Origin: an uncultured Poribacteria bacterium
Lineage (GTDB): Bacteria; Poribacteria; WGA-4E; WGA-3G
Assembly (NCBI GenBank): GCA_951813565.1
Contig: OX638351.1
Coordinates: 3,872,001-3,936,000 of the forward strand
DNA length: 64,000 bases
Reading direction: 5' to 3'
In this document: positions 20,942 to 30,184 of the stretch, one piece after another
Layout: each line of letters begins with the position of its first letter
Numbering within the stretch: the stretch's first letter is position 1
The notes under the pieces: model-generated
Seen by the model: the letters and a program-made list of their open reading frames with translations, nothing else
The model's database searches: none
What the model was told of the DNA's origin: nothing
Translations under genes and position numbers: made by a program

Positions 20942-22054
20942 ATGAGAAAAACCTATAAATATAAGATACAAAACCAAAAGAACACACACAAACTTGGCAA
21001 CCTGCTTGACGATATGTGGGAAATCCACGTGCATATCATGCGTTTGGCACGTAGGTATTACCTTATATTTGGAAAGAACCTATCCGCGTATCGTATAAAC
21101 GCACATGTTGCGAAACTCAAAAAGCGGACAAAACCGCATTGGGCAGACTTGCCGAGCCAAGTTGTGCAAGACGTTGTGCTGCGTTATGGTAAATCTCAAG
21201 ACGCTTTCTTTGAGAATATCGAAGACCGAAAAGCGGGCAAAACAACGCGTAAAGTGGGTAGACCGAAAATCAAACCGAGACACAAATACAATTCTATGAC
21301 ATTCACTCAAGCTGGCTATACATTGGAAGATAAGCGTATCAAAATCAATTGTATAGACACATGGTTTTCCTACCACAAACACCGTGATTTCAAAGGAACT
21401 ATCAAGACGATCACCATCAAACGTGACAGGTGCGGTGACTATTGGATATGCTTTTCGTGCGAGAATGTTGACGATTCCGAACCCAAACCCAAGACGGGTA
21501 AGAGCGCAGGATTTGATTACGGAAACAAAACATTCCTCACAAGCGACGAAGGCAACAAGACAGAATCACCAAAACTTTTCAAGCAATCACTCAAGACGCT
21601 GCAATCTCTCAACAAAGCACTCAGTCGTAAAGTCAAAGGTTCTAACAACTATTATCGTGCGTGCCGTGCTTTAGCAAGGCAACACAGAAAGGTTGCACGA
21701 CAAAGAGAAGATTGGCAATGGAAACTTGCCTCAAAACTTTGTGTAGAGTTTGACACACTCATTTTTGAAACGCTGAACCTTGACGGTATGAAACGATTAT
21801 GGGGACGTAAAGTTTCTGACCATTCTTTCTACCAGTTTCTTCAGATATTGGAACAGAAGTGTGCGAAGCACGGCAAAAAACTTTTGCAAATCTCTCAATG
21901 GATAGCAACGACAAAACCTTGCAGTGATTGTGGATACCATAACGAAGAACTCTCTCTCGCAGATAGACAGTGGACATGCCCCGAATGTGGCTCACACCAC
22001 GACAGAGACACCAACGCTGCTATCAATATCAAACGGGCAGGCTTGGCTGCCTAA
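20942..22054 (+). CDS. tnpB: RNA-guided endonuclease TnpB
   Basis: RuvC D (GFDYG), E (IFETL), D (DRDTNAA); Zn ribbon CSDC/CPEC; ATG at 20942 (MRKTYKY). Confidence 0.93.
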   Translation: MRKTYKYKIQNQKNTHKLGNLLDDMWEIHVHIMRLARRYYLIFGKNLSAYRINAHVAKLKKRTKPHWADLPSQVVQDVVLRYGKSQDAFFENIEDRKAGKTTRKVGRPKIKPRHKYNSMTFTQAGYTLEDKRIKINCIDTWFSYHKHRDFKGTIKTITIKRDRCGDYWICFSCENVDDSEPKPKTGKSAGFDYGNKTFLTSDEGNKTESPKLFKQSLKTLQSLNKALSRKVKGSNNYYRACRALARQHRKVARQREDWQWKLASKLCVEFDTLIFETLNLDGMKRLWGRKVSDHSFYQFLQILEQKCAKHGKKLLQISQWIATTKPCSDCGYHNEELSLADRQWTCPECGSHHDRDTNAAINIKRAGLAA

Positions 22055-22165
22055 AGTGGAGCGACAATAAGACGGTGGACGCTAAGCGAAAACCGCAGTC
22101 GCAAGGAAGCACAAGCCCCTACCTTTAGGTAGTGGGTACCTATGACTCGGGGAGTCATTGAAATA
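22028..22165 (+). ncRNA. Putative TnpB omega/reRNA (scaffold plus flanking guide)
   Basis: 119-bp segment overlapping the tnpB 3' end, conserved with 1 mismatch at 29982-30100; position matches known TnpB reRNA organisation; 5' boundary not defined. Confidence 0.65.
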
Positions 22166-22181
22166 GAGAAGGTTTAAAGGC

Positions 22182-23318
22182 ATGGCAAAAACATTTTCTC
22201 TCTTTGATGAATTTGTCCTTGATGTTCCTCCCACAGAAGGCATAAAGTACGCAGGCTCCAAACTAAAACTCATCCCACAAATACTTGAACTCGCCAAAAA
22301 AGTCGACGCTAAGACAATTTTAGATGGTTTTGCAGGCACAACCCGTGTCTCACAAGCATTCGCCAAACTCGGTTATACCATTATATGCAACGATATCGCG
22401 CCGTGGTCAGAAGTTTTGGGAACATGCTACCTTCTTAACACAAAACCGCGCTCTGAATATCAACCGCTTGTTGACCATTTAAACGCTGTGCCACCAGCAG
22501 ATGGATGGTTCACAGAGCATTATGGCGGACATGTGAATGACGGATGTGCAATCCAAGCAGATGGACTTAAAAAGCCGTGGCAGTTACATAATACTCGTAA
22601 ATTAGATGCGATTCGTCAGGAAATTGAAACCCTTAAGCTTGATCCAGTTGATAAAGCGGTGGCACTGACGAGTCTAATTTTGGCACTGGATAAGGTTGAT
22701 AGCACCCTCGGTCATTATTCCGCCTATCTCAAAGATTGGGCGCCTCGCGCCTATAAAGAACTTGTGCTTGAAGTGCCAAAAGTTTTTATATCAGAAGGAA
22801 ATCATGAGGTTTACCAAACCGACATTTTTGATCTTGTCTCACGCGTCTCTGTAGACCTCGCATATTTTGATCCACCCTACGGTTCAAACAATGAAAAAAT
22901 GCCGCCATCTCGTGTGAGATACGCGGCATACTACCATCTTTGGAAAAGCGTTATTCTCTTTGACAAACCTACCCTTTTCGGTAAGGCGAAACGGCGCGAG
23001 GATACTTCTGATCAGCTCTCCGCATCCGTATTTGAGGAGTTCCGACGCGACACAAACGGTCGTTTCATCGCCGTTGATGCAATAGCAGAACTGATTCGTG
23101 CCACACAAGCACGGTGGATTATCTTATCATACAGTTCTGGTGGGCGTGCAACTGCCGAAGAACTAAACGCAGTCATGCAAACAAACGGAAAACTCCTCGC
23201 TGTCGTTGAAATGAATTACAAACGGAACGTCATGGCAGGTATGAGATGGACACTTGAATGGGTGAATGCAGCTGAAAAACCGAACCGAGAATTCCTCTTC
23301 CTACTTGAGAAAAGTTAA
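22182..23318 (+). CDS. DNA adenine methyltransferase (D12/Dam-like), apparently orphan
   Basis: YAGSK, DGFAGT (SAM binding) and catalytic DPPY. Confidence 0.85.
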   Translation: MAKTFSLFDEFVLDVPPTEGIKYAGSKLKLIPQILELAKKVDAKTILDGFAGTTRVSQAFAKLGYTIICNDIAPWSEVLGTCYLLNTKPRSEYQPLVDHLNAVPPADGWFTEHYGGHVNDGCAIQADGLKKPWQLHNTRKLDAIRQEIETLKLDPVDKAVALTSLILALDKVDSTLGHYSAYLKDWAPRAYKELVLEVPKVFISEGNHEVYQTDIFDLVSRVSVDLAYFDPPYGSNNEKMPPSRVRYAAYYHLWKSVILFDKPTLFGKAKRREDTSDQLSASVFEEFRRDTNGRFIAVDAIAELIRATQARWIILSYSSGGRATAEELNAVMQTNGKLLAVVEMNYKRNVMAGMRWTLEWVNAAEKPNREFLFLLEKS

Positions 23319-24358
23319 CGACTAATACGGACACTTCCTGCTTGCATCGCCTTTTCTGCTTCTGCTGCTGTTGCCCAGTTAAAGTCCCCTGGGAAGGTAT
23401 GTGCTAAGGCAGAGTATCCCCCTGCGAAATCAACAGCATCTTGAGGTGATTTTCCGTTCAGGAGACTATAGATTAATCCGGATGAGAAACTGTCGCCACC
23501 ACCTACCCTGTCTACCAATTCTAAATCTTCGTAGATACGTGAAAGATAGAATTCTTCACCATCAAACAGGAGTGTCCGCCAATCATTTAGCCAGCCGGTT
23601 TTAGCATCACGCAACGTTGTGCCGATCATTTCAATGTTTGGGAAAGCCTCTTTGACACGCTGCGCAACCTCTTTATAGCTCTCAGGTTCCAGTTTGCTAT
23701 ACGATTCAGTTGCACCTTCCGCAGCGAACCCCAAGGATTTCTCAAAATCCTCCTCGTTGCCGATAAGAACTGAGACGTGTTCCATCATCGGTCGGTTCGT
23801 TGCTTGCGCTTGTTCTGCACTCCACAATTTAGAACGGAAGTTGAGGTCGTAGCTTGTTTTGACACCTGCTACCCGAGCTGCTTTGAGGGCTTCAGCAGAA
23901 ACAGCAGCAGCAGATTCCGACAAAGCAGGTGTGATGCCGCTCAGATGAAACCAACGCGCATTGCTAAAAATGGATGTCCAATCAATCTCACCGGACTGAA
24001 CTTTGGAGATAGCAGAATGTCCACGGTCGTAAGTAACACTGCTCGCTCGGGGACCTGCTCCCATTTCAAGGTGATAAAACCCGTTTCGTTCAAAGCCGAC
24101 ACCGTCAAAGTCAACCCATACGATATTAGACATGTTTACGCCAAGTTCCCGCCCTTTGTTGCGAATATAGCGACCTGACCAATTATCCACGAGTCGTGAT
24201 ACCCATGCCGTTTTTAAGCCGAGTTGTGCAGCGTTAACAGCGACGTTCATTTCTGCACCGCCTGCTGTTATTTCCAACGATGACACCTGCTCGAGACGCA
24301 TGAATTCTGGTGCTGTGAGACGGATCATCGCTTCCCCAAACGTAACTAAATCATACAT
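23315..24358 (-). CDS. PfkB sugar kinase (2-keto-3-deoxygluconate kinase-like)
   Basis: FGEAMIRL, GGAEMNVA, DLNFRSKLW, DRVGGGDSF. Confidence 0.88.
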   Translation of the reverse strand: MYDLVTFGEAMIRLTAPEFMRLEQVSSLEITAGGAEMNVAVNAAQLGLKTAWVSRLVDNWSGRYIRNKGRELGVNMSNIVWVDFDGVGFERNGFYHLEMGAGPRASSVTYDRGHSAISKVQSGEIDWTSIFSNARWFHLSGITPALSESAAAVSAEALKAARVAGVKTSYDLNFRSKLWSAEQAQATNRPMMEHVSVLIGNEEDFEKSLGFAAEGATESYSKLEPESYKEVAQRVKEAFPNIEMIGTTLRDAKTGWLNDWRTLLFDGEEFYLSRIYEDLELVDRVGGGDSFSSGLIYSLLNGKSPQDAVDFAGGYSALAHTFPGDFNWATAAEAEKAMQAGSVRISR

Positions 24359-24642
24359 TATTTATTCTCCTGTTTTTGTGTCTGTTGATTTTTAAATTCG
24401 TTGTATAGTTTTTCGATACATTCTCTACAGAAACAGTAAACTCTACCGTAAGTCCCTACCTCTTTTTCCAGCAATTGGTTCATCGGAAAGTCTTTTTGGC
24501 AGAATGCGCAAACTTCTGTGGGGTCTGCCGGCGGTGATTCACTGTCCGTTTTCTGCCTGGTAGAAAGGAGCAAAATCACTAAAACTGTGATTGGTAGGAT
24601 AAATATACAAAAGACGAAAAACATTGTAATTACCTTATTCAA
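24358..24642 (-). CDS. Small membrane-anchored protein with two CxxC motifs
   Basis: N-terminal TM, CAFC...CREC; translationally coupled to the kinase; TTG start. Confidence 0.5.
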   Translation of the reverse strand: MNKVITMFFVFCIFILPITVLVILLLSTRQKTDSESPPADPTEVCAFCQKDFPMNQLLEKEVGTYGRVYCFCRECIEKLYNEFKNQQTQKQENK

Positions 24643-24714
24643 CTATAGCAACTAACTTTTGTCACTATAGCCGATAAGTGTCATAATGTCAACGAAATTT
24701 GGCAATCGCGCCAG

Positions 24715-24827
24715 AGGCATTCAATTTTCCAATAATTTCTTTTTTTCCTAAAACCTCTTCCTGTAGGAGCGAGCTCCAGCTCGCGACTTTCGACTAAAAC
24801 GAGTAATAAACCGACAATTGAATGCCT
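24715..24827. mobile_element. Small MITE-like element containing a GTAG REP
   Basis: 12-bp perfect TIR AGGCATTCAATT/AATTGAATGCCT; internal GTAGGAGCGAGCTCCAGCTCGCGAC. Confidence 0.6.
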
Positions 24828-24888
24828 ATGAGAATAGCGCTATGTTAGCGAAGAACGTTTGTATGTAAAATTCAAAATCAGAAAATGT

Positions 24889-24917
24889 TTGACACATGAC
24901 GGAAGTGTTGGTAAGAT
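24889..24917 (+). promoter_or_regulatory. Putative sigma70 promoter of glcB
   Basis: TTGACA-17 bp-TAAGAT. Confidence 0.5.
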
Positions 24918-25023
24918 AATTAGCACTTGATATAGCATGTGGACTTGTGTAATGACACTTCAGGTAAGTGTATATGACATCACAAAGGGACTATGAAACC
25001 GCGTTTGAAATGGAGAAGATAGC

Positions 25024-27210
25024 ATGGAAGACCGGATTGATATCGGTAGCCTCAAAATAGATCAAGATTTGTATGCATTGGTCCGAGATGAGATTGCACC
25101 TGGAACAGGCGTAGATGCAGACTCCTTCTGGACAGCATTCGACGAAATTGTTAAAAAGTTTGCTCCAGAAAACCGATTGCTATTGGAAAAACGGGATACA
25201 CTGCAGCAACAGATTGACGCGTGGCATCTTGAACGCAAAGGTGAACCGATGGACCATGAGGCATATTCTGCGTTCCTTACCGACATAGGATATCTGGTGA
25301 CTGAAGGTGATGATTTTATCGTCACAACGGAAGATGTTGATTTAGAGATTGCGCTGATTGCCGGTCCGCAGTTAGTTGTCCCGGTAGATAATGCACGCTA
25401 CGCCTTAAATGCAACAAACGCACGATGGGGTAGTCTCTATGACGCACTTTACGGAACCGATGTGATTGATGAAGCAGATGGGGCTACCCGGAGTGGTGAC
25501 TATAATCCAATTCGTGGTGTGAAGGTTATCGCTTACACAGAGCAGTTTTTAGATGAAGTCATCAATCTTGAATCGGGAAGTTTTTCTGATGTTACAGATT
25601 TTTTGCTTAAGACAATTGATGGAAAGTTGCAGCTACGTGCTACCCTTCGTGATAGAAACGAAGTTGGTTTAGAAGACCCAAGCAAATTTGTGGGTTTTAC
25701 GCAAGATGGTGATAAACTCAGTTCTATTCTTTTTCAAAACCATGGATTGCACATTGAAATACAGATTGACAGGGAACACCCGATTGGCAAAGCACATCCT
25801 GCTGGTGTTGCAGATGTAATCCTTGAGTCTGCAATCACAACTATTCAGGATTGCGAAGACTCGGTTGCTGCTGTTGATGCCGAGGATAAAGTGCGCGTCT
25901 ACAGCAATTGGAACGGCATCATGAAAGGAACGTTAGAAACAACGTTTGAGAAAAATGGAAAGATGATAACCAGACGATTAGCACCAGATAAAACATACAC
26001 AGCACCAGATGGTAGCACTTTTACATTGTCGGGCAGGAGTTTGCTCTTAATTCGGAACGTTGGACTCCACATGTATACAGATGCCGTCTTAACAGCAGAC
26101 GGCGAAGAAATTCCTGAAGGTTTCCTTGATGCAATGGTAACAACATTTGCCGCTATGCACGATCTGCAAGGGAAAAGCGAATATACCAATAGCAAAACAG
26201 GTAGTGTCTATATCGTCAAACCGAAATTCCACGGACCTGAAGAGGTGGATATGACCGTTCGGTTGTTTGAAAAGATTGAGGATACACTTGGACTCACGCC
26301 GAATACTATAAAAATTGGAATTATGGATGAAGAACGCCGCACCACCGTTAATCTCAAAGAAGTGCTTCGAATAGCATCACAACGTCTCGTGTTCATAAAT
26401 ACCGGATTTTTGGACAGAACAGGTGATGAAATCCATACAAGCATGGAAGCCGGTCCAATGATTCCGAAAGTAGACATTCGTAATGAACCTTGGATGCGTG
26501 CTTACGAGGATTGGAATGTTGATATTGGGATTGAGACGGGTTTGCCCGGTATTACACAGATTGGCAAAGGGATGTGGACAAAACCTGATGAGATGGCGGA
26601 GATGCTTGAGGCAAAAGTGAATCATCCGATGGCGGGAGCAACAACAGCGTGGGTGCCTTCACCGACAGCCGCTACATTACACGCGATACACTATCATAAA
26701 GTGAATGTTGCCAAATGGTTAGACGAACTCGCTTTGCGGGAGCGTGCAAGTTTAAGAGACCTATTGACCCCACCCTTGCTAAATGAACGTGAGTTGTCCG
26801 CTGATGAAATCCAACGTGAAATGGACAACAATGCACAAGGGATTCTCGGATATGTCGTGCGATGGGTAGACCAAGGTATCGGTTGTTCCAAAATATCGGA
26901 TATCAATAACGTCGGTTTGATGGAAGATCGCGCAACATTGCGGATTTCAAGTCAACATATAACGAATTGGCTGCGTCATGGGATTGTAACGAAAGCGCAG
27001 GTTACAGAGACGTTTGAACGGATGGCAAAGGTTGTTGACGAACAAAACGCAAGTGACTTGAACTATCGGAATATGGCGCCCAATTATGAACAGAGCATCG
27101 CTTTTCAAGCAGCTTTAGATTTAGTTTTTAAGGGATGTGAGTTGCCGAATGGATATACAGAATTTGTGCTTCATCCACGCAGACGCGAGGTTAAGTCAAG
27201 AAATAAATGA
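25024..27210 (+). CDS. glcB: Malate synthase G
   Basis: [58 protein letters not shown]. Confidence 0.97.
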   Translation: MEDRIDIGSLKIDQDLYALVRDEIAPGTGVDADSFWTAFDEIVKKFAPENRLLLEKRDTLQQQIDAWHLERKGEPMDHEAYSAFLTDIGYLVTEGDDFIVTTEDVDLEIALIAGPQLVVPVDNARYALNATNARWGSLYDALYGTDVIDEADGATRSGDYNPIRGVKVIAYTEQFLDEVINLESGSFSDVTDFLLKTIDGKLQLRATLRDRNEVGLEDPSKFVGFTQDGDKLSSILFQNHGLHIEIQIDREHPIGKAHPAGVADVILESAITTIQDCEDSVAAVDAEDKVRVYSNWNGIMKGTLETTFEKNGKMITRRLAPDKTYTAPDGSTFTLSGRSLLLIRNVGLHMYTDAVLTADGEEIPEGFLDAMVTTFAAMHDLQGKSEYTNSKTGSVYIVKPKFHGPEEVDMTVRLFEKIEDTLGLTPNTIKIGIMDEERRTTVNLKEVLRIASQRLVFINTGFLDRTGDEIHTSMEAGPMIPKVDIRNEPWMRAYEDWNVDIGIETGLPGITQIGKGMWTKPDEMAEMLEAKVNHPMAGATTAWVPSPTAATLHAIHYHKVNVAKWLDELALRERASLRDLLTPPLLNERELSADEIQREMDNNAQGILGYVVRWVDQGIGCSKISDINNVGLMEDRATLRISSQHITNWLRHGIVTKAQVTETFERMAKVVDEQNASDLNYRNMAPNYEQSIAFQAALDLVFKGCELPNGYTEFVLHPRRREVKSRNK

Positions 27211-27563
27211 GGGGTGTGCATAAATAATTCCGATGTTAAATATGCGCTTAAAGGTAGTCCGAACAAGCCGTGGGTTTCCGTCCACAAGTTCAAAGAGGCA
27301 CAGCATGCCACACGGGGAATGCCATAAGGCATTCGGACCCGGTGAATGACTAAAGACGAATGCGCCAAATCAACGGTATGAATGCCTGCTGGCATTCCCC
27401 GTATGGCATTCGCCATGGTTCATACCGTTGATTTCTTGATTTGGCGCATGCTGCGTTGATTTGGCAATGAATTGCGCGACTGCAAACGCATTTCTATAAA
27501 TCAAGCGGTACCTGGCGTCTGTCCCTGTCTGTGTTTATGCGCCAATATTTATGCACACCCCTC
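27209..27563. mobile_element. MITE with 18-bp perfect TIR and 8-bp target duplication
   Basis: GAGGGGTGTGCATAAATA / TATTTATGCACACCCCTC flanked by AAATAAAT on both sides. Confidence 0.85.
27300..27463. repeat. Nested cluster of ~34-bp hairpin-GTTGATT units inside a REP
   Basis: Removing it restores AGAGGC^GCAATGAATTGCGCGACT, seen uninterrupted (reverse strand) at ~48495-48526. Confidence 0.85.
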
Positions 27564-27581
27564 AAATAAATAAAACAGCGG

Positions 27582-27714
27582 TAGTGCCTCGTCAAGTGAT
27601 AATTGATGGGTCTTGAAAGTAGTCGGGAATCGGAGTTCCCTCCTACCATAAGCGTTCCATCGGTAGGAACGATCTCCGAATCGTGACGGACAATAATATG
27701 TTGACAAAGCAGTA
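27582..27714. mobile_element. Degenerate MITE-like element with two GTAG REPs
   Basis: Imperfect TIR TAGTGCCTCGTCAA / TTGACAAAGCAGTA; internal GGGAATCGGAGTTCCCTCCTAC and GTAGGAACGATCTCCGAATCGT. Confidence 0.45.
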
Positions 27715-27751
27715 GTATGAAGGGACATCCTTAGCCTATTTGGTCTTTACC

Positions 27752-28606
27752 TTATGAATGAAGTCTGTAAAATTTGATTGCGTTGTCGTGAAAGAGTTTT
27801 TTTAGCTCTTCAGGGGTACACCCTGAAACCGCTTCCTGCAGTGTTTGCACCCAACGTGGATAATCCGATGCAAGTGTTGAGACTGGCCAATCGCTCCCAT
27901 AAATAACACGGTCAAATCCAAAACATTCAATAACGTGTTCAATATAAGGCTGCAGGTCTGCAGCAGTCCAGTTCTCATGATCCGCCTCTGTTACCAACCC
28001 GGATATTTTACAATAGACGTTCGGGAAATCCGCAAGAGTCTTAATCTCCTGTTTCCAGGGTTCAAACAGCTGATTCTTGATATCGGGTTTGCCGATATGA
28101 TCTAAAATAAATTGGATATTTGGACACTGCTCTACAAGCCGAATTGCATTAGCCAGTTGCGGGTGAAAGATACATATATCGAAACTCAATCCGTAGCGCG
28201 CAAGCGTTTTGACTCCATTTATGAAGTTGGGTTGGATACAAAAATCAACATTTTCCCCTTGAATGAGACGACGAATACCTTTTACAAGCGTATCTTCAGC
28301 CAATTTTTCCACAAAGGGTGCTACTTGTTTGCCTTCTTCAAGAGGTGCCCATGCTACAATACCACGAATGCGTGGCTCTACAGCTGCAAGTGAGGTAACC
28401 CAAGCAGTCTCTTTCAGCCCATCATCCGGATGCGTATCACATTGGACAAAAACAATAGATTCTATTTCCAGATTCTCATGCGCGGTAGAATAATCATTCA
28501 GAAGATACGGTTTATTTAATCTTGGAACTTGCTTTAGCCAAGGGTATCTTAGCTGCTTCGGGTGCCATAGATGAACATGTGTATCAACAATCGGGAATTT
28601 GTCCAT
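27752..28606 (-). CDS. Amidohydrolase 2 family (sugar lactonase-like)
   Basis: DTHVHLW, LDHIGKP, KISG, YGSDWP; ATG with GGAGGTGG RBS. Confidence 0.85.
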   Translation of the reverse strand: MDKFPIVDTHVHLWHPKQLRYPWLKQVPRLNKPYLLNDYSTAHENLEIESIVFVQCDTHPDDGLKETAWVTSLAAVEPRIRGIVAWAPLEEGKQVAPFVEKLAEDTLVKGIRRLIQGENVDFCIQPNFINGVKTLARYGLSFDICIFHPQLANAIRLVEQCPNIQFILDHIGKPDIKNQLFEPWKQEIKTLADFPNVYCKISGLVTEADHENWTAADLQPYIEHVIECFGFDRVIYGSDWPVSTLASDYPRWVQTLQEAVSGCTPEELKKLFHDNAIKFYRLHS

Positions 28607-28893
28607 TGTCCACCTCCAATATGCAAAGGATTGGTATATTTTATTGTTTTTGTCTAAAATTGTCAATCAATTAATAACCACATCAGGACATTTTATTCTT
28701 CAAAAGTCTTAATCATTATTATTAAGGCTTTTCGCTGTGTATCAATGTAAATGTTCAAAAGAGAAAATAAATAGTCCTACTCCATATTAAAATGATTGAC
28801 TCATAAATCCTTCTACGGTATAATCAAGAGAACATTGGAACTTCATTACCAGAACGATACGTTGGACACTTTTCATCAATAAGGAGATAATCT

Positions 28894-29691
28894 ATGTATG
28901 AAAAAATGATATTCATCCTAACCTTAAGTATTTGCGCGCTATTTCTCACTGTTCTTTCCGTTAATGCACAATTTCCTGAAGATGGTGTCGTGGGGTACTG
29001 GCCATTTGACGATGGGACAATTAATGGCAACACTGTTCAAGATGTGTTGGGTGAAAACGACGGTACACTTGACGGAAATCCTAAGTCTGTTGCTGGTAAA
29101 GTTGGCAAGGGTCTTGAATTTGATAGTGACAACTTTGTCCATATTCCTGGTACAGATTCGTTGAATTTCAATGGTAAGGAGGCAATGACTGTTGCTGCGT
29201 GGATAAATGGTGATAGCGATTCTCCTGTAGACGGTGCTGTTCCCGGTGTATGCTGCGGAACGATTGTTGCGCAACGCGATGTAGACGGTTGGGCACTACG
29301 GTTTGATGGTAGAAATGCAGCAAGCGAATTAGAATTTATTACGCAACCGGCTTGGCAAGGCGATGGTGGATTTGGCGTTGCTGCCCAGCCAAAAGGTGAA
29401 TGGCATCATCTTGTTGGAGTCGTTGACGGAAAGCAGAAATTTCTGTACCTTGATGGCAAATTAGCGAAGGAAGGTAATTTCAACGGTCCGATGTCAACAG
29501 GTGGCACAGAAACTGAGATTGGCAGTGCTCAGAAGGATGGGGGCTTCATAGGAATTATTGATGAGGTTGTAATTTACAATAGGGCACTTTCTGAAAAGGA
29601 AGTTGAGCAGCTTTTTGCTGCAGAAGGTCTTCCTGTGCAACCCCAAGGTAAACTTGCTATCCAGTGGGGACAGATTAAATCTTCTTTTTAA
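28894..29691 (+). CDS. Exported LamG/concanavalin-like domain protein with conserved C-terminal tail
   Basis: Signal peptide; GYWPFD, WHHLVG, IDEVVIYNRALS; tail PVQPQGKLAIQWGQIK. Confidence 0.85.
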   Translation: MYEKMIFILTLSICALFLTVLSVNAQFPEDGVVGYWPFDDGTINGNTVQDVLGENDGTLDGNPKSVAGKVGKGLEFDSDNFVHIPGTDSLNFNGKEAMTVAAWINGDSDSPVDGAVPGVCCGTIVAQRDVDGWALRFDGRNAASELEFITQPAWQGDGGFGVAAQPKGEWHHLVGVVDGKQKFLYLDGKLAKEGNFNGPMSTGGTETEIGSAQKDGGFIGIIDEVVIYNRALSEKEVEQLFAAEGLPVQPQGKLAIQWGQIKSSF

Positions 29692-30100
29692 CACTCCCCC
29701 GTCAAATCCCCATGCTTTAGCTTGTGGGATGTCCACGGCTAACAATGTGATGGACATCACAAAATGTCCAGCGAAAGCGGAATAAAACCCATCGCTATAA
29801 CTAAATCTATAAAGTTGGTGGATAGCGTCCATATCAAGCTACTGCAGTAATGCAGACTGGAATGCGTGAGCGGAGGCAACCCCTCCCGAAGTCTAAGGAC
29901 TTGTCGCGTGGCGTGCCTGGTAGAAAGGGCAGCTATAAAATGGGTGGAAACAGAGCCAACCCACGACATTGCGAAAAATAAATCAAACGGGCAGGCTTGG
30001 CTGCCTAAAGTGGAGCGACAATAAGACGGTGGACGCTAAGCGAAAACCGCAGTCGCGAGGAAGCACAAGCCCCTACCTTTAGGTAGTGGGTACCTATGAC
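29692..30100 (+). mobile_element. Non-autonomous derivative of the TnpB element (both ends, no tnpB)
   Basis: 35-bp left end identical to 20779-20813; 119-bp right end matches 22028-22146 (1 mismatch); unrelated ~250-bp interior. Confidence 0.85.
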
Positions 30101-30184
30101 AAGGTTTTCATTTGAGATAGGCGGATTCACGTGTCCGCCATTTTCCAACTCAGTAGATACCACAAACGACCCAAAAGAAAAAAT

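Larger units (their letters stand above)
20772..22146 (+). mobile_element. IS200/IS605-family TnpB-only element (IS1341-like)
   Basis: Left-end hairpin ATCCCCATGCTTTAGCTTGTGGGAT, tnpB, right-end hairpin CCCCTACCTTTAGGTAGTGGG; both ends recur at 29692-30100; left boundary approximate. Confidence 0.85.

Noticed and set aside
27171..27416. 81-aa ORF sharing AIRGMP..IHTVDLAH with ORF 59311-59565
   Set aside because: The similarity is simply translation of the shared repeat units; no RBS or coding evidence.
27300..27463. CRISPR array suggested by recurring ~35-bp palindromic repeats (also 32596-32795 and 59374-59510)
   Set aside because: Units are nested and variable, lack regular unique spacers, and no cas genes are present.
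29733..29981. Assignment as IStron group I intron or HEARO/IscB omega RNA
   Set aside because: I could not identify group I core motifs or a convincing HEARO consensus by eye; left unassigned pending an Rfam search.
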